Below are positions 62,474 through 64,000 of a stretch of 64,000 bases of DNA, in pieces. Source of the stretch: Chara braunii. Lineage: Eukaryota > Plantae > Charophyceae. The notes beneath the pieces are model-generated. The model was not told the DNA's origin and did no database searches. It saw only the letters and a program-made list of their open reading frames with translations. The stretch is taken from positions 1,211,986-1,275,985 of the forward strand of contig BFEA01000012.1 in NCBI GenBank assembly GCA_003427395.1, read 5' to 3'. The position numbers and the translations under genes are program-made. Position 1 is the stretch's first letter; each line of letters opens with the position of its first letter.

Positions 62474-64000
62474 NNNNNNNNNNNNNNNNNNNNNNNNNNN
62501 NNNNNNNNNNNNNNNNNNTCTCTCTCTCTCTCTCTCTCTTGATATTTTCTGTATGAATGTTTTGATAACTCCTTCGACTCTATCGGCTCCCGAGGTTCTG
62601 TTATGCTCGTCTCATTGGATTCAATCGCATCTCGTGAGGACACGCATCATTGAGTTTAAAAAGATCAGCGGTAACAGACAATCTTATTTCGTATCTCTCT
62701 CTCTGCTCCTCGACATTCCATTGTTAATGCATGAGTGATCTCTCACACACACGTATCGATTGAGTTGTTATCCCGACGAAGGAAACAAAGCAGAAATCTG
62801 ATGTGATCACTTTGATGTATACTTAACTATTCGCACGAATGAAGAATGATCGTTTTCTAGACGATTGGATTGCATGGACTGACATTTTGGATTGATTTGC
62901 ACAATGAGTGAAAGATAATGCATGTCATGGTGTCTATTTGTTCCTTTGATAAAATGACTGATTGATTAGACATACGCCGATGATAGGTGATCAGCCTCGC
63001 TTACGCCATCTGGACCGATCGCCCCGATCTGAGTGGGCGTCGACTTCCCGTATCCCTGCCCCGCCCATTCCTGTACAACGAGGAAATGACTCTTGTATGT
63101 GAGTCAGACGTAGGAGAAGTCGTCGCCCAGATCGGTTGACACTACTATTTTCCTCCCGAAACAAGGTGCTCAAGATTCGTAGGCACTGGTTTTGTCATTA
63201 TTGATAGTCTTTTCCCCCCGTACTCATCAAAGGTTGACATTGGGTGGCCATGACCCGACCCGACCGTACTCATCTGTACCAGACAGTTCTAGACGGGTGC
63301 GGGTATGGCATGATTAGTACGCACAGGGGCAGCCGGGTCTGGAAATTTGAGGGGCGGATATGGCCGGGGCAGGAAACTATAGAGCGGGTGGGGCTGGGTG
63401 TTGACACAGTGCCTGGACGGTTACAGCCGGCCAAAGGTTTGCCTTGGTTCCGGGTACGGCTGGGTAGAGGTTTCGCGCGGGTGACCCGAGGCCTGTAGGC
63501 ATACTAGGCATATTAGGCAAGCCTAGGTAGTATTAGGGTCAGGCCTGACCCTTTTTCTTCACTGGGAAATAGTGGTACTAGTGGGGCGTGCCACTAGTAT
63601 AAATTTGTCTCTGGCCATCTGTGGTTTATCTTACGGATGAGGTAGTACTAGGGCCAGGCCGTACTATTAATTCAGCCTGGCCTCAGTCGTTTCATCTTAG
63701 GGAATACGGCATTCACTTATAAGCTTTGGCCATAATTGTGGTAAGATCCATCGAAATCTGGTTGTAGTTGCGGCCAACTGTACACAAGAAAGTGTCACTG
63801 TGAGTATGCCCAGCCACTGGCCCATTGCCGCCACCAAAATTTGAAGTGGAGATCTGTGGATGGAAGCTAAAGAATCCGACATGCAAAGGCCTAAGTTTAA
63901 AATAAAGATAAAAACTAAGCCTGGGTGGAAAATTATGGGCACAGGTACAGTTGGGCACAGGTACGGCTGGGCACGGGTGGATATATACTGGGTTTGTGTG

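Larger units (their letters stand above)
54031..63230 (+). mobile_element. Old non-autonomous LTR retroelement (gag remnant only) with ~2.2-kb LTRs
   Basis: Direct repeats 54031-~56792 and 60953-~63228, both starting TGTGA(T/C)GTACC; internal gag-like and CCHC remnants; no pol motifs; no TSD found. Confidence 0.7.

Overview
Eukaryotic, repeat-saturated intergenic DNA from a draft assembly with N-gaps and Nextera mate-pair adapter contamination. I found no intact host gene, rRNA or true tRNA. The repeat landscape resembles a streptophyte alga such as Chara, but that is inference only. The window is a nest of decayed mobile elements: (i) several 5'-truncated L1/Tx1-type LINEs whose 3' ends share a two-part structured RNA cassette (about 13 copies); (ii) a full-length chromodomain Ty3/Gypsy element (24473-34412, TSD CTCAC); (iii) a Penelope-like RT pseudogene with Naiad/Chlamys-type motifs and a downstream hammerhead ribozyme with an apparent loop-loop pseudoknot; (iv) two ~1.2 kb tRNA-headed SINEs; (v) a gag-only LTR element; (vi) hAT-like, PIF/Tourist-like and foldback MITEs. 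The most novel-looking signals are: two diverged copies of an unknown helical ORF, each followed by the LINE 3' RNA cassette and poly(A), suggesting an RT-less protein-coding retroposon family; the covarying 3' RNA cassette itself; an SH3/Tudor-like module inserted in LINE ORF2; and the pseudoknotted hammerhead. Segment 14650-16636 is an adapter-bounded duplicate of 19000-20986 and is almost certainly an assembly artefact.
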